A program made the position numbers and the translations under genes. This document shows positions 18,478 to 26,934 of a DNA stretch of 64,000 bases, piece by piece. The first letter of the stretch is position 1; every line of letters starts with the position of its first letter. Source of the DNA: Chitinophagaceae bacterium (GTDB lineage: Bacteria; Bacteroidota; Bacteroidia; Chitinophagales; Chitinophagaceae). Below the pieces are notes generated by a model that saw only the letters and a list, made by a program, of their open reading frames with translations, had not been told where the DNA came from and searched no databases. The stretch is from NCBI GenBank assembly GCA_031401115.1, contig JANNRE010000018.1:74233-138232 (forward strand). The letters are read 5' to 3'.

Positions 18478-20391
18478 ATGGGTAAAACAATTAAACCAAA
18501 TGAGGAGAAATTAAATAATGCGTATAAAGAGCTTGTTTTTCAAAATGAAGAAAAAGAAAAACGGGCAGCAGAATTAATCATTGCAAATAAAGAACTGACT
18601 TTTCAAAACGAAGAAAAAGAAAAACGGGCAGCAGAATTAATCATTGCCAATAAAGAACTTGCATTTCAAAATGAAGAAAAGGAAAAGCGGGCAGCAGAAT
18701 TAATTATTGCAAATAAAGAACTTGTCTTTCAAAACGAAGAGAAAGAAAAACGTGCAGCAGAGTTAATCATTGCTAACTATGCCCGTAGTTTAATTGAAGC
18801 AAGTTTAGATCCCCTTGTTACCATCAGTGCCGCTGGAAAAATTTTAGATGTGAATGAGGCATCAATAAAAGTTACCGGTGTTGAGCGTGAAAAATTAATT
18901 GATACAGACTTCTCCAATTATTTTACAGAACCTAAAAAAGCACAGGAGGGTTATCGTCAGGTTTTTGAGAAAGGTTTTGTAGCAGATTATCCGTTAACCA
19001 TAAAACATAAAAATGGAAATTTGACAGATGTTTTATACAATGCTTCAGTTTATAAAGATGATAAAGGAAATGTTCTTGGAGTTTTTGCAGCAGCACGGGA
19101 TATTACTGAGCAAAAACAATCTTCACAATATGCCCGTAGTTTAATTGAAGCAAGTTTAGACCCCCTTGTTACCATCAGTGCAACAGGAAAGATTTTAGAT
19201 GTAAATGAAGCATCAATAAAAGTTACCGGTGTTGATCGTGAAAAATTAATTGATACAGACTTCTCCAATTATTTTACAGAACCTAAAAAAGCACAGGAGG
19301 GTTATCGTCAGGTTTTTGAAAAAGGTTTTGTAGCAGATTATCCGTTAACCATAAAACATAAAAATGGAAATCTTACAGATGTTTTATACAATGCTTCAGT
19401 TTATAAAGATGATAAAGGAAATGTTCTTGGAGTTTTTGCAGCAGCACGGGATGTAACAGAGCAAAAATGGGCCAAAGATTTACGAATTGCTAACAAAGAA
19501 CTGGCTTTTCAAAATGAAGAAAAAGAAAAAAGAGCAGCAGAATTAATTATTGCGAATAAAGAACTGGCTTTTCAAAATGAAGAAAAAGAAAAAAGAGCAG
19601 CAGAATTAATTATTGCCAACAAAGAACTGGCTTTTCAAAATGAAGAAAAAGAAAAACGGGCAGCAGAATTAATTATTGCCAATAAAGAGCTACTGGCATT
19701 CACTTATATTTCAAGCCACGATTTACAGGAGCCACTAAGAAAAATACAAACCTTTGTTACCATTATTTTAGAATATGAAAGTGAAAACCTGTCTGATAAA
19801 GGGAAATATAATTTTCAGCGCATGCAATTAGCCGCTGGCAGAATGCAACAATTGATTGATGATCTGCTAGCCTTCTCCCGTATTAATAGCTCCGATCATC
19901 AATTTGAGCCTACAGACCTAAACACCATTATTGAAGAAGTAAAAAATGAATTAAGAGATACCATCCTTGAAAAAAAAGCTATTCTTGAATTCTCCGAACT
20001 CTGCTCTGCCAATATTATTGTTTTTCAGTTTCGCCAATTAATGTACAACCTTGTAAGCAACGCACTTAAATTTTCAAACCCCGGCATTCCATCTCATATC
20101 ATCATAACTGCCAGCGTTTCAGATGGAAGTGCTTTAAATAACAAGGAGCTTTCTCCAGAAAAAAATTATTGCCACATTATGGTTAAAGATAATGGCATCG
20201 GTTTTGAACCACATTTTAACGAACGCATTTTTGGTGTATTTCAAAAACTTCATGGCAAAGAAGAATATGCTGGCACAGGTATTGGACTTGCTATTGTAAA
20301 AAAAATAGTAGAAAATCACAGAGGAGTTATTACGGCAACTGCTGAATTAAATAAAGGAGCTCAATTTGATATTTACATTCCTGCAAAATAA
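18478..20391 (+). CDS. Cytoplasmic PAS-domain histidine kinase with 21-aa coiled-coil tandem repeats
   Basis: 4 repeats, 2 PAS domains, 3 repeats, H-box SHDLQEPLRKI, NLVSNALKF, DNGIGF, GTGIGL; no TM segment. Confidence 0.93.
   Translation: MGKTIKPNEEKLNNAYKELVFQNEEKEKRAAELIIANKELTFQNEEKEKRAAELIIANKELAFQNEEKEKRAAELIIANKELVFQNEEKEKRAAELIIANYARSLIEASLDPLVTISAAGKILDVNEASIKVTGVEREKLIDTDFSNYFTEPKKAQEGYRQVFEKGFVADYPLTIKHKNGNLTDVLYNASVYKDDKGNVLGVFAAARDITEQKQSSQYARSLIEASLDPLVTISATGKILDVNEASIKVTGVDREKLIDTDFSNYFTEPKKAQEGYRQVFEKGFVADYPLTIKHKNGNLTDVLYNASVYKDDKGNVLGVFAAARDVTEQKWAKDLRIANKELAFQNEEKEKRAAELIIANKELAFQNEEKEKRAAELIIANKELAFQNEEKEKRAAELIIANKELLAFTYISSHDLQEPLRKIQTFVTIILEYESENLSDKGKYNFQRMQLAAGRMQQLIDDLLAFSRINSSDHQFEPTDLNTIIEEVKNELRDTILEKKAILEFSELCSANIIVFQFRQLMYNLVSNALKFSNPGIPSHIIITASVSDGSALNNKELSPEKNYCHIMVKDNGIGFEPHFNERIFGVFQKLHGKEEYAGTGIGLAIVKKIVENHRGVITATAELNKGAQFDIYIPAK
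18526..18777 (+). repeat. 4 x 63-bp in-frame tandem repeat (KELxFQNEEKEKRAAELIIAN)
   Basis: Visible in DNA and protein; exactly 252 bp. Confidence 0.95.
18778..19452 (+). repeat. Near-identical internal duplication of the PAS domain (351-bp period)
   Basis: 18778-19101 is repeated at 19129-19452 with only scattered substitutions (YARSLIEASLDPLVTIS...VFAAARD twice). Confidence 0.95.
19495..19683 (+). repeat. 3 x 63-bp in-frame tandem repeat (KELAFQNEEKEKRAAELIIAN)
   Basis: 189 bp directly before the HisKA helix. Confidence 0.95.
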
Positions 20392-20403
20392 ATTTATTAG
20401 CTC

Positions 20404-20476
20404 ATGTTGGTGTCCCCGCTAACATGAAAATCCTAAAGCAATAAGTTGATTGGCAGATACGCCAACAACAATAAGA
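20404..20476 (+). repeat. Palindromic intergenic element, direct copy of ~25267-25339
   Basis: Shared AAATCCTAAAGCA, TAAGTTGATTG, GCCAACAA and TAAGA blocks. GTTGGTGTCC...AAC arms resemble Bacteroidota REP doublets. Confidence 0.65.
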
Positions 20477-20492
20477 GCTTTTGCAAAAAACA

Positions 20493-21497
20493 TCAGTAAC
20501 AAAACCATTGCCATAAGGAAGCGCCAATAAAACCGGCTATCCGTTTTTTTACTTCCTCCTGTGCATCAAAAACTTTCATTGCCTCCATCAATTCAGAAAT
20601 TACTACATCACTTAACTGTACTGCGGTATTCAACTCTTTCAATTTTAATGTAAGCACCTCTTTGGAAGTAATTCCTGAAACCTCAGCATCAGTTGTTAAC
20701 AACCAATTCCATTTTTGTACGTCTACATCATCCCACAAATCCCGGGCATCATCAATCAACCAATAACAATGCCCCATTGCTTTTCCAAATTGCTGCAAAT
20801 AAGAAAGTAAAGGTTCCTGAATGTTGCCACTAAGTCCTGCATAAACTGCCATCACCCTGAAAGGTTCAGCCGATTTTAAATACAAAGCTTGAGTAATGGT
20901 TTTCAAATCTGCATGTTTATAAATTTTACTTTCTGCATGCAGAAGTTCCGCCTCCATCATTGTCTTCATTGCCTTTTCAATTTCAACAGAGCCAAGTGTT
21001 TTTACATCTTTAAAAACAGAAGCGGCCAATAAGCTGAGTAACTGTACGGCAGGGTTTATTGATTCAATTGATTTATACGGAGCAGAAAAAAAAGTTTGAA
21101 ACACCGGCAATGAACGAACAAGCTCCTGCCCGTTGAGTTCATCGCATATATAATCAAACAAACTGATACCTAAGTTAAAACGGCCGCACCAATCAGCTAC
21201 GTTCAATGTTGTTTCTTTTGAAAGACCTGATAATTCAGCCAACAACTCACCTGTTACTTTTCCAAACCCATAAACTGATTTGAGCTGATTATAAGGGATA
21301 CCGCTTTCGTTTGCCATATCCGTTTCAAGAAATGAAACGTTTTGCAAGTGATGTTCCCTAGCATCAACATAAGCAGCAGTATAAAGTTGCGGATGCGGCA
21401 ACCCCGCTGCCTGCCACCGCTCAAAAAAAACCTGTTGAAAATGTTGATGCCAATCCATTTGTGAAAAAAAAGAATTTAGCTGATGATCCGCACCCAT
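20493..21497 (-). CDS. Class I isoprenoid synthase-fold protein (trans-prenyltransferase / terpene synthase-like)
   Basis: Degenerate first motif LFDYICDE, KT-like YLKSAEPF, and intact second motif GHCYWLIDDARDLWDD (DDxxD). Confidence 0.6.
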   Translation of the reverse strand: MGADHQLNSFFSQMDWHQHFQQVFFERWQAAGLPHPQLYTAAYVDAREHHLQNVSFLETDMANESGIPYNQLKSVYGFGKVTGELLAELSGLSKETTLNVADWCGRFNLGISLFDYICDELNGQELVRSLPVFQTFFSAPYKSIESINPAVQLLSLLAASVFKDVKTLGSVEIEKAMKTMMEAELLHAESKIYKHADLKTITQALYLKSAEPFRVMAVYAGLSGNIQEPLLSYLQQFGKAMGHCYWLIDDARDLWDDVDVQKWNWLLTTDAEVSGITSKEVLTLKLKELNTAVQLSDVVISELMEAMKVFDAQEEVKKRIAGFIGASLWQWFCY

Positions 21498-22504
21498 CGA
21501 TTGAGTGCGTAACAGGCAATAGCAGTAGTGAACAAACCCTGTTCATCACAAATAAATGAATTGCCGCCGCCGTTCATATTGTTCCAATCGGTGATAGTTT
21601 CAGGATCCATGATAAAAGGTGCAGGTATGCGAAGCAAATCATCGCCCTGCCAGCTACCATCTTCATTTTGATGCTGCAACAAAATAATGGCACAACGCTC
21701 TGCTTCTGCTTCAGCATTTGAAAGAGATTTGTACAATTCCAAAGCCAGTGCTGTTGCAAATGAGTTATAAGTACCGGAACCGTCTAATGAAAAACCTCCT
21801 TCTTCAAGTTGCCTTTTAGCAAGTGTCTGTTTCAGCAATTGCTGATGAACTGAAGAACCTTCTTTTTGTAAAAAATGTAAAGTGCGAAAGAGAAGAGCAA
21901 TTGTATAAAACTTACTGCGCCACCAATAGGCAGGCAGTAATCCTTCTGTTGTTTGCAATTGCAGCAGTTGTTCAATAACTCCATCCGCATTTGAATGATG
22001 AGGATCAGAAAGAAGAGCGGCGGCAGTTACATCAGCATGGGCAGACGTCCATCCTGCAATTAGCTGCGGATCGTTTGCACCGATAAAAGCAAGAATGCCC
22101 GAATCTGCACGATACGTTGAAATACCATTGTTTGCAAAATGGCTCCATAAAAAATGTTCACTTTGTTTTTGCAGATCTGCATTGAAATCTTTGTTGCCCG
22201 TTAATGCCATCCTGCACCATGAAGTTGAATCAGCATCGGGAGGTACAAGAGTACTGTAGGACCATCCCCCCGTTGCATGTTGTGCAGCTAACAAAAAATT
22301 TTGTGCCTGCTGCAGCCAATTTTCATCTGTTGAAAATTCCCTTAGATGTGCTGTTACAAAGCCCGTAACCCAAACATCAGATTGGCCTGCAAGAGTTGGA
22401 AAACCTTTCCAATGACCGTTATGCTGCAAAGAAAGAAGATAATATTTTCCCCGCTCAACAGCAGTTTGTATTGCAGCGTGGTTTTTGATGAAATGCTGAT
22501 TCAT
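21476..22504 (-). CDS. Prenyltransferase/squalene-cyclase repeat protein, single-domain class II terpene cyclase-like
   Basis: Five QW-like repeats (QHNGHW, QHATGGW, QTTEG, QLEEGGF, QNEDGSW) and PDADST at the DxDD position. Start set at MNQHF (22504), about 342 aa. Confidence 0.7.
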   Translation of the reverse strand: MNQHFIKNHAAIQTAVERGKYYLLSLQHNGHWKGFPTLAGQSDVWVTGFVTAHLREFSTDENWLQQAQNFLLAAQHATGGWSYSTLVPPDADSTSWCRMALTGNKDFNADLQKQSEHFLWSHFANNGISTYRADSGILAFIGANDPQLIAGWTSAHADVTAAALLSDPHHSNADGVIEQLLQLQTTEGLLPAYWWRSKFYTIALLFRTLHFLQKEGSSVHQQLLKQTLAKRQLEEGGFSLDGSGTYNSFATALALELYKSLSNAEAEAERCAIILLQHQNEDGSWQGDDLLRIPAPFIMDPETITDWNNMNGGGNSFICDEQGLFTTAIACYALNRWVRIIS

Positions 22505-22798
22505 GTGTAATAATAAATGTAAATCATAAATAGTTGTACAAATAGTTGTTGCAATCAATTATTTGGATTGTGAAAGTATTTTGCTATTTTACACAAAAAA
22601 TCAGTAACAGCGATCTCCGTTTGAAGAACAATCTCTGTTTAACCTGTTCATTTGAATTTTGATTTTTTACACCAGCCAATCCTTTTTCTGAAAAGCCAAA
22701 ACAACAACCGGTGACAGTACTCGGCAAAGTAAATTATTTTTATATTTTTAAAATAAGCGTTTCAGACATCTACATTTTATAACCAAAAACTTACAACT

Positions 22799-23164
22799 AT
22801 GGGTGATATCATCATCACAATTACAGGCAGTAACCCAACCACAGGTGCTTTAACATTATCAGATTCGGGCACTACCAATGCACATCAGGGCGATCAGGTA
22901 ACATGGGTTATCGGCCCCGGCTCAGGCGTGGCCGCTATTACAGGCATTGTGGAAAAACCAAACTCTTCTGATGTATTCAGCCCCGACCCTGCTCAATTGC
23001 CAAACAGTACCAGCTGGGAGGGTACCATTAACCAGACTATTCCAATCGGAACTGAGGAAGCTTACTCCATCAACTGGACAGTTGCCAACTCAGGTTGGTT
23101 AAACAATGGAGGAGGTGCAGCAAAAACCTTTGATCCGATCATCAGAATTCAACCAAAACAATAA
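22799..23164 (+). CDS. Small beta-rich hypothetical protein (GDQVTWV...FDPIIRI), loosely AidA/PixA- or cupredoxin-like
   Basis: Clean 121-aa ORF with an A-rich leader and no signal peptide; stops 2 nt before the cyclase ATG. Confidence 0.75.
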   Translation: MGDIIITITGSNPTTGALTLSDSGTTNAHQGDQVTWVIGPGSGVAAITGIVEKPNSSDVFSPDPAQLPNSTSWEGTINQTIPIGTEEAYSINWTVANSGWLNNGGGAAKTFDPIIRIQPKQ

Positions 23165-23166
23165 AA

Positions 23167-24951
23167 ATGTTGTTGAAAAGAAAAGCCTGTTGCTTTGTAA
23201 TAGGCTTTTTTTATTTTATTGCCAACCATCTTTCGGCCCAGGACCAGCGAATTGCTGATAGCTTGTATAAAATCTACAAATCAGATACTTCATCAGGTTT
23301 GGTAAAATTAGAATTATTAAGCGACCTCTCCTTTAATGAAATTAAAGATTATAAACAGGGACTGCACTACGCAGAAGAATTGATAAAGCTATCTCTTGCA
23401 GCAAACAACAATTCTTACTTATCACAGGGTTACTTTCAAAAAGGCAGTACAAAAAGATTATTAGGAGATCTGGATGATGCAGTAGATGCTTTTTTCAAAT
23501 GCGCCGAAGTAGCAAAAAAAAACAAATTGGTTTCTTTGGAAGGAAGTGCCTATGGCTCCATTGCAGATATTTATGCCATCTCCAACAATCATAAAAATGC
23601 AATGCTATATTACCGAAAAGCGATTTACAGTTTGAGAAGATCGAACGACTCAGTTGCCCTTGCATCGGTTATTTTAAATGCAGGAGATGCATTTCTAAAA
23701 AGCAAGCTTTTCGATTCCGCTTATTCATATTTTAAAGAATCCAAAAAAATATTTGAGAACCTCAACTACCAAATGGGAGTTGGTTACAGTTTGGGAAATA
23801 TCGGTATGGTATATGCTAACACCGGCAATAAACAACTGGCAGAAAAAAACATTAATGATGCTACTAAGATATTGGAAGATGCACAAGACTATTATCCTAT
23901 TTGTGTTTATCTCATTTCCATGTGCAATATCTATGTAGAAAAAGGTGATCAGCAAACGGCACTCAATTATGCACTCCGCAGTCTTCAACTGGCGCTCAAT
24001 TATGATTTGAAAGAACAAATAAGTGATGCCAATCTTAAACTTTCACAACTCTATGAAAAAGCAGGCAATCAAAAATTGTCCCTGATGTATTATAAAAATC
24101 ACATCGCATTCAGGGATAGTGTAAACAATATTACATCTGTTCAAAAAATGGCCGACCTGCGTACCGACTATGAAGTATCTCAAAAACAAATTGAAGTGGA
24201 TTTGCTCAATCAGCAAAAACGCAACCAGCGTATCATCCTCTTTTCAATGTATATCATTCTTGGATTAACAGTTATCATTCTGGGCACTTTGTATTGGTAT
24301 TACAGAAGTATTTCAAGAGAAAAGAAACGATCAGAAAGTTTGCTGCTCAACATCCTTCCTGCAGAAACAGCTCATGAACTGAAACAGAAAGGAAGTGTGG
24401 AAGCAGTGAAGTTTGATGAAGTAACTGTTTTATTTACTGATTTTGTTTCGTTTTCAAAGTACGCCGAGCATATTGAACCGGTGCAATTGGTAAAGAGTAT
24501 TGATTTTTATTTTAAAGGGTTTGATGAGATCACTACAAAGTACGGGCTTGAAAAAATTAAAACTATCGGCGACTCTTATATGTGTGCCTGCGGTTTACCA
24601 ACGCCCAATCCTGCCCATGCCGCAAATGCAATAATGGCTGCACGTGAAATGATTGAGCTGGTAAGCAGTTCTTTACATGCAGATGATGGCCTTAACCATT
24701 TCGACATCAGAATAGGAATACACACTGGGCCCGTGGTGGCGGGTATTGTAGGTATCAAAAAATGGCAATATGATATTTGGGGCGACTCGGTAAATATTGC
24801 ATCGAGAATGGAATCAAAGTCGGAGCCCGGAAGAATTAACATGTCTGAAACTACTTACAGCATCATAAAAGATCAATTTGCATGTGAGTACCGTGGCGAA
24901 ATTGAAGTAAAGAACAGAGGTCTGTTGAAAATGTATTTTTTAAAAAGCTGA
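23167..24951 (+). CDS. TPR-sensor, single-TM class III adenylate cyclase
   Basis: Signal peptide, TPR helices and TM at ~aa 356-378. Catalytic motifs VLFTDFVSFS, EKIKTIGDSYM and YDIWGDSVNIASRMES; the K and D specificity residues point to ATP. Confidence 0.92.
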   Translation: MLLKRKACCFVIGFFYFIANHLSAQDQRIADSLYKIYKSDTSSGLVKLELLSDLSFNEIKDYKQGLHYAEELIKLSLAANNNSYLSQGYFQKGSTKRLLGDLDDAVDAFFKCAEVAKKNKLVSLEGSAYGSIADIYAISNNHKNAMLYYRKAIYSLRRSNDSVALASVILNAGDAFLKSKLFDSAYSYFKESKKIFENLNYQMGVGYSLGNIGMVYANTGNKQLAEKNINDATKILEDAQDYYPICVYLISMCNIYVEKGDQQTALNYALRSLQLALNYDLKEQISDANLKLSQLYEKAGNQKLSLMYYKNHIAFRDSVNNITSVQKMADLRTDYEVSQKQIEVDLLNQQKRNQRIILFSMYIILGLTVIILGTLYWYYRSISREKKRSESLLLNILPAETAHELKQKGSVEAVKFDEVTVLFTDFVSFSKYAEHIEPVQLVKSIDFYFKGFDEITTKYGLEKIKTIGDSYMCACGLPTPNPAHAANAIMAAREMIELVSSSLHADDGLNHFDIRIGIHTGPVVAGIVGIKKWQYDIWGDSVNIASRMESKSEPGRINMSETTYSIIKDQFACEYRGEIEVKNRGLLKMYFLKS

Positions 24952-25266
24952 TGAAATGTATTTGAAAATAAAAGCAACATAGAATTTTTTCCAATGTTGT
25001 TTTTCAGTTCCACCGTTTGCTCATACTGGCGTCCTCGTCAATCAACTTTTTCATATTACCCGGCTTTCAAAACAATATCAGGTGCAACAAAAATTACAAA
25101 ATAGAAACCAATGATTGCCTTGAAAATAGAATTCCATCTGCTCAAATTGCAGTAGCACAAAAGCCCCACATAGCTGCTTCCGAAATCGGGCTGTATTTCG
25201 AATTCGGGCGGTTTTTATTTACCTATTTTGCGCCAAAAAATTGTAAAAGAAAAAATTATAGACTGT

Positions 25267-25339
25267 GTAGGCGTGTGTATTCGCCAACTTTGAAATCCTA
25301 AAGCATTTAAGTTGATTGACGAAGATGCCAACAATAAGA
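25267..25339 (+). repeat. Palindromic intergenic element, direct copy of ~20404-20476
   Basis: GAAATCCTAAAGCATTTAAGTTGATTGACGAAGATGCCAACAATAAGA. Confidence 0.65.
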
Positions 25340-25347
25340 ATAGTTTG

Positions 25348-25377
25348 CTTCGCCAAACAACAAGGCTCGCAAAGACG
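25348..25377 (+). repeat. 30-bp REP-like element, inverted copy of 16828-16857
   Basis: 27/30 identity to the reverse complement of 16828-16857. Confidence 0.75.
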
Positions 25378-25507
25378 CTCTGATGATAATTTTCTTCTTT
25401 GCGTGCCATAATACGAGCTTGAATTACCAGAAACTTACATGGCGAAGCCCGTCCGACCTATACATACAGGCGGTCAATTTGTAAAAAAAAGGTTACTCTA
25501 ATTACTC

Positions 25508-25885
25508 TTATTCAAACTTAGCATCAAAAAACGCAACCAGTTTTTCATCACTCATTTTGTGCGAAGTACTTTCCTGTGTAAGCGTATTTTTAAACTGCGG
25601 AGTATCGGCCATAAAATGAATGAACTGTTCCTGAGCAGTACCCGTGCCGGTTATATGTACCAGCTCAGCATTTTGCATAAAAGCCAGTATTGTTTTAAAA
25701 TATTTGCGCTGCAAAGCCCGTTCATCATTGTGCTGATTTTTTTCACTGGTATTATATTCAGCACCTGCATTATCTGCAATGCCCAGTACTATAAAATCTT
25801 CACTGCTTTCACCATCTCTTCCTACCACAGTTGCGTGATGGCCATCCAACCATACACCAAATTGTTTTTTGTTTTTTTGCGTCAT
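25508..25885 (-). CDS. Hypothetical protein, eRF1-middle-domain / host-attachment-like single domain
   Basis: N-terminal GVWLDGHHATVV strand and KYFKTIL...VHITGTGTAQEQF pattern, recalled from Bacteroidota eRF1_2-like proteins. Confidence 0.6.
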   Translation of the reverse strand: MTQKNKKQFGVWLDGHHATVVGRDGESSEDFIVLGIADNAGAEYNTSEKNQHNDERALQRKYFKTILAFMQNAELVHITGTGTAQEQFIHFMADTPQFKNTLTQESTSHKMSDEKLVAFFDAKFE

Positions 25886-26037
25886 ACCTAAAGATGTGAT
25901 TATTTATGACTGTAATTATTATATACTGCTTTGTATGATTTATATAATTCGCACATTACTGATTTATTGTAATATCACTCAAAAAAAATGTACTGGCTTT
26001 AAGTTCTAAGTATATTTCATTGAACAAATTAAAAATA

Positions 26038-26934
26038 CTAAGACCTCATTTTCCCCAATTTTTTGATTTTTATTAATTGAAATATGAGATAAATTAAAGT
26101 ACCCCACACACTCAATACAATTGAATAAGCCATGAACAACAGCCAATATGGAGTTTTAAAACGGGTTGACCATAATGTTCTGCGGTTAAAAAAATCAGTA
26201 TTCTGTACAGATGGCACACCCCAGGCAACCGTTTTTTGCACCAGCAGGTTACCAATGGCATCATTATTTTCTACTTTAACAGCAAGAATAATATTTCCTT
26301 TTGCATCACCCGGCAAACTGTCTTTGGTTACCGCAATTGTAACAGTTCCTGTTGAATCAGTTGTATAAGTTGTTTCGTCACCGGCAGAAAGAATACTACC
26401 AAGCCGCTGATAACCTGCTTTCATTTCCATTTCATTCACAGGAATCCATTCACCATTTTCATACTTTGTTACTTTTACTGTTATACTCCTTACTCCATCA
26501 TCAGAAGATGTATCAATTTCAATTTTAGCTTTTGTAATTTTAAGTTCTGCAACAACTTCCTCTTCTTTATTAACAACCACTGCAATAAAGGTATGCTGCG
26601 GAGATGCATCCCATTTTTGTTTTAAGCCAACAGGCAAAAAACTTTTTGCTTTTCCTATACCATCAGTTGTTACTTTACTAATTAAATTTTCATTAGCAAC
26701 ACTATCAAGATAAAGCTGAAATGATTTATTTTTTACCGGCTCCAGCTTCCTCCCTTTTTTAAGCATCGTTTCCACTACAAGGTATTGCATGCTGTTGTTC
26801 TCACTGTAATAGTTCAGTTTTATCACCTCTTCTGCTATTACTGAATCTTTCTGTGCTATAGCTGGTGTATGAATCAGCATGAATAGATTGCACAACAACA
26901 GTAATACGTATTTATTTCTTTTCATCTTTTTCAT
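26038..26934 (-). CDS. Secreted beta-rich protein with C-terminal membrane anchor
   Basis: Signal peptide, beta-rich body and C-terminal TM (LWSTRFKTPYWLLFMAYSIVLSVWGTLIYL). Start at 26934 or 26925, overlapping the NrfD-like gene stop. Confidence 0.75.
   Translation of the reverse strand: MKKMKRNKYVLLLLCNLFMLIHTPAIAQKDSVIAEEVIKLNYYSENNSMQYLVVETMLKKGRKLEPVKNKSFQLYLDSVANENLISKVTTDGIGKAKSFLPVGLKQKWDASPQHTFIAVVVNKEEEVVAELKITKAKIEIDTSSDDGVRSITVKVTKYENGEWIPVNEMEMKAGYQRLGSILSAGDETTYTTDSTGTVTIAVTKDSLPGDAKGNIILAVKVENNDAIGNLLVQKTVAWGVPSVQNTDFFNRRTLWSTRFKTPYWLLFMAYSIVLSVWGTLIYLIFQLIKIKKLGKMRS

Noticed and set aside
18526-19683. 63-bp tandem repeats as a CRISPR array
   Set aside because: There are no unique spacers, the repeats are in-frame coding units of the kinase, and no cas genes are present.
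23167-24951. Class III cyclase as a Pycsar/CBASS-type defence system
   Set aside because: It has a signal peptide, TPR sensor and TM helix with ATP-specifying residues and no cyclic-nucleotide-binding effector nearby, so it is a signalling receptor.
25017-25409. ORFs 25017-25301 (+) and 25215-25409 (-)
   Set aside because: They are made largely of palindromic repeat elements and have atypical composition.
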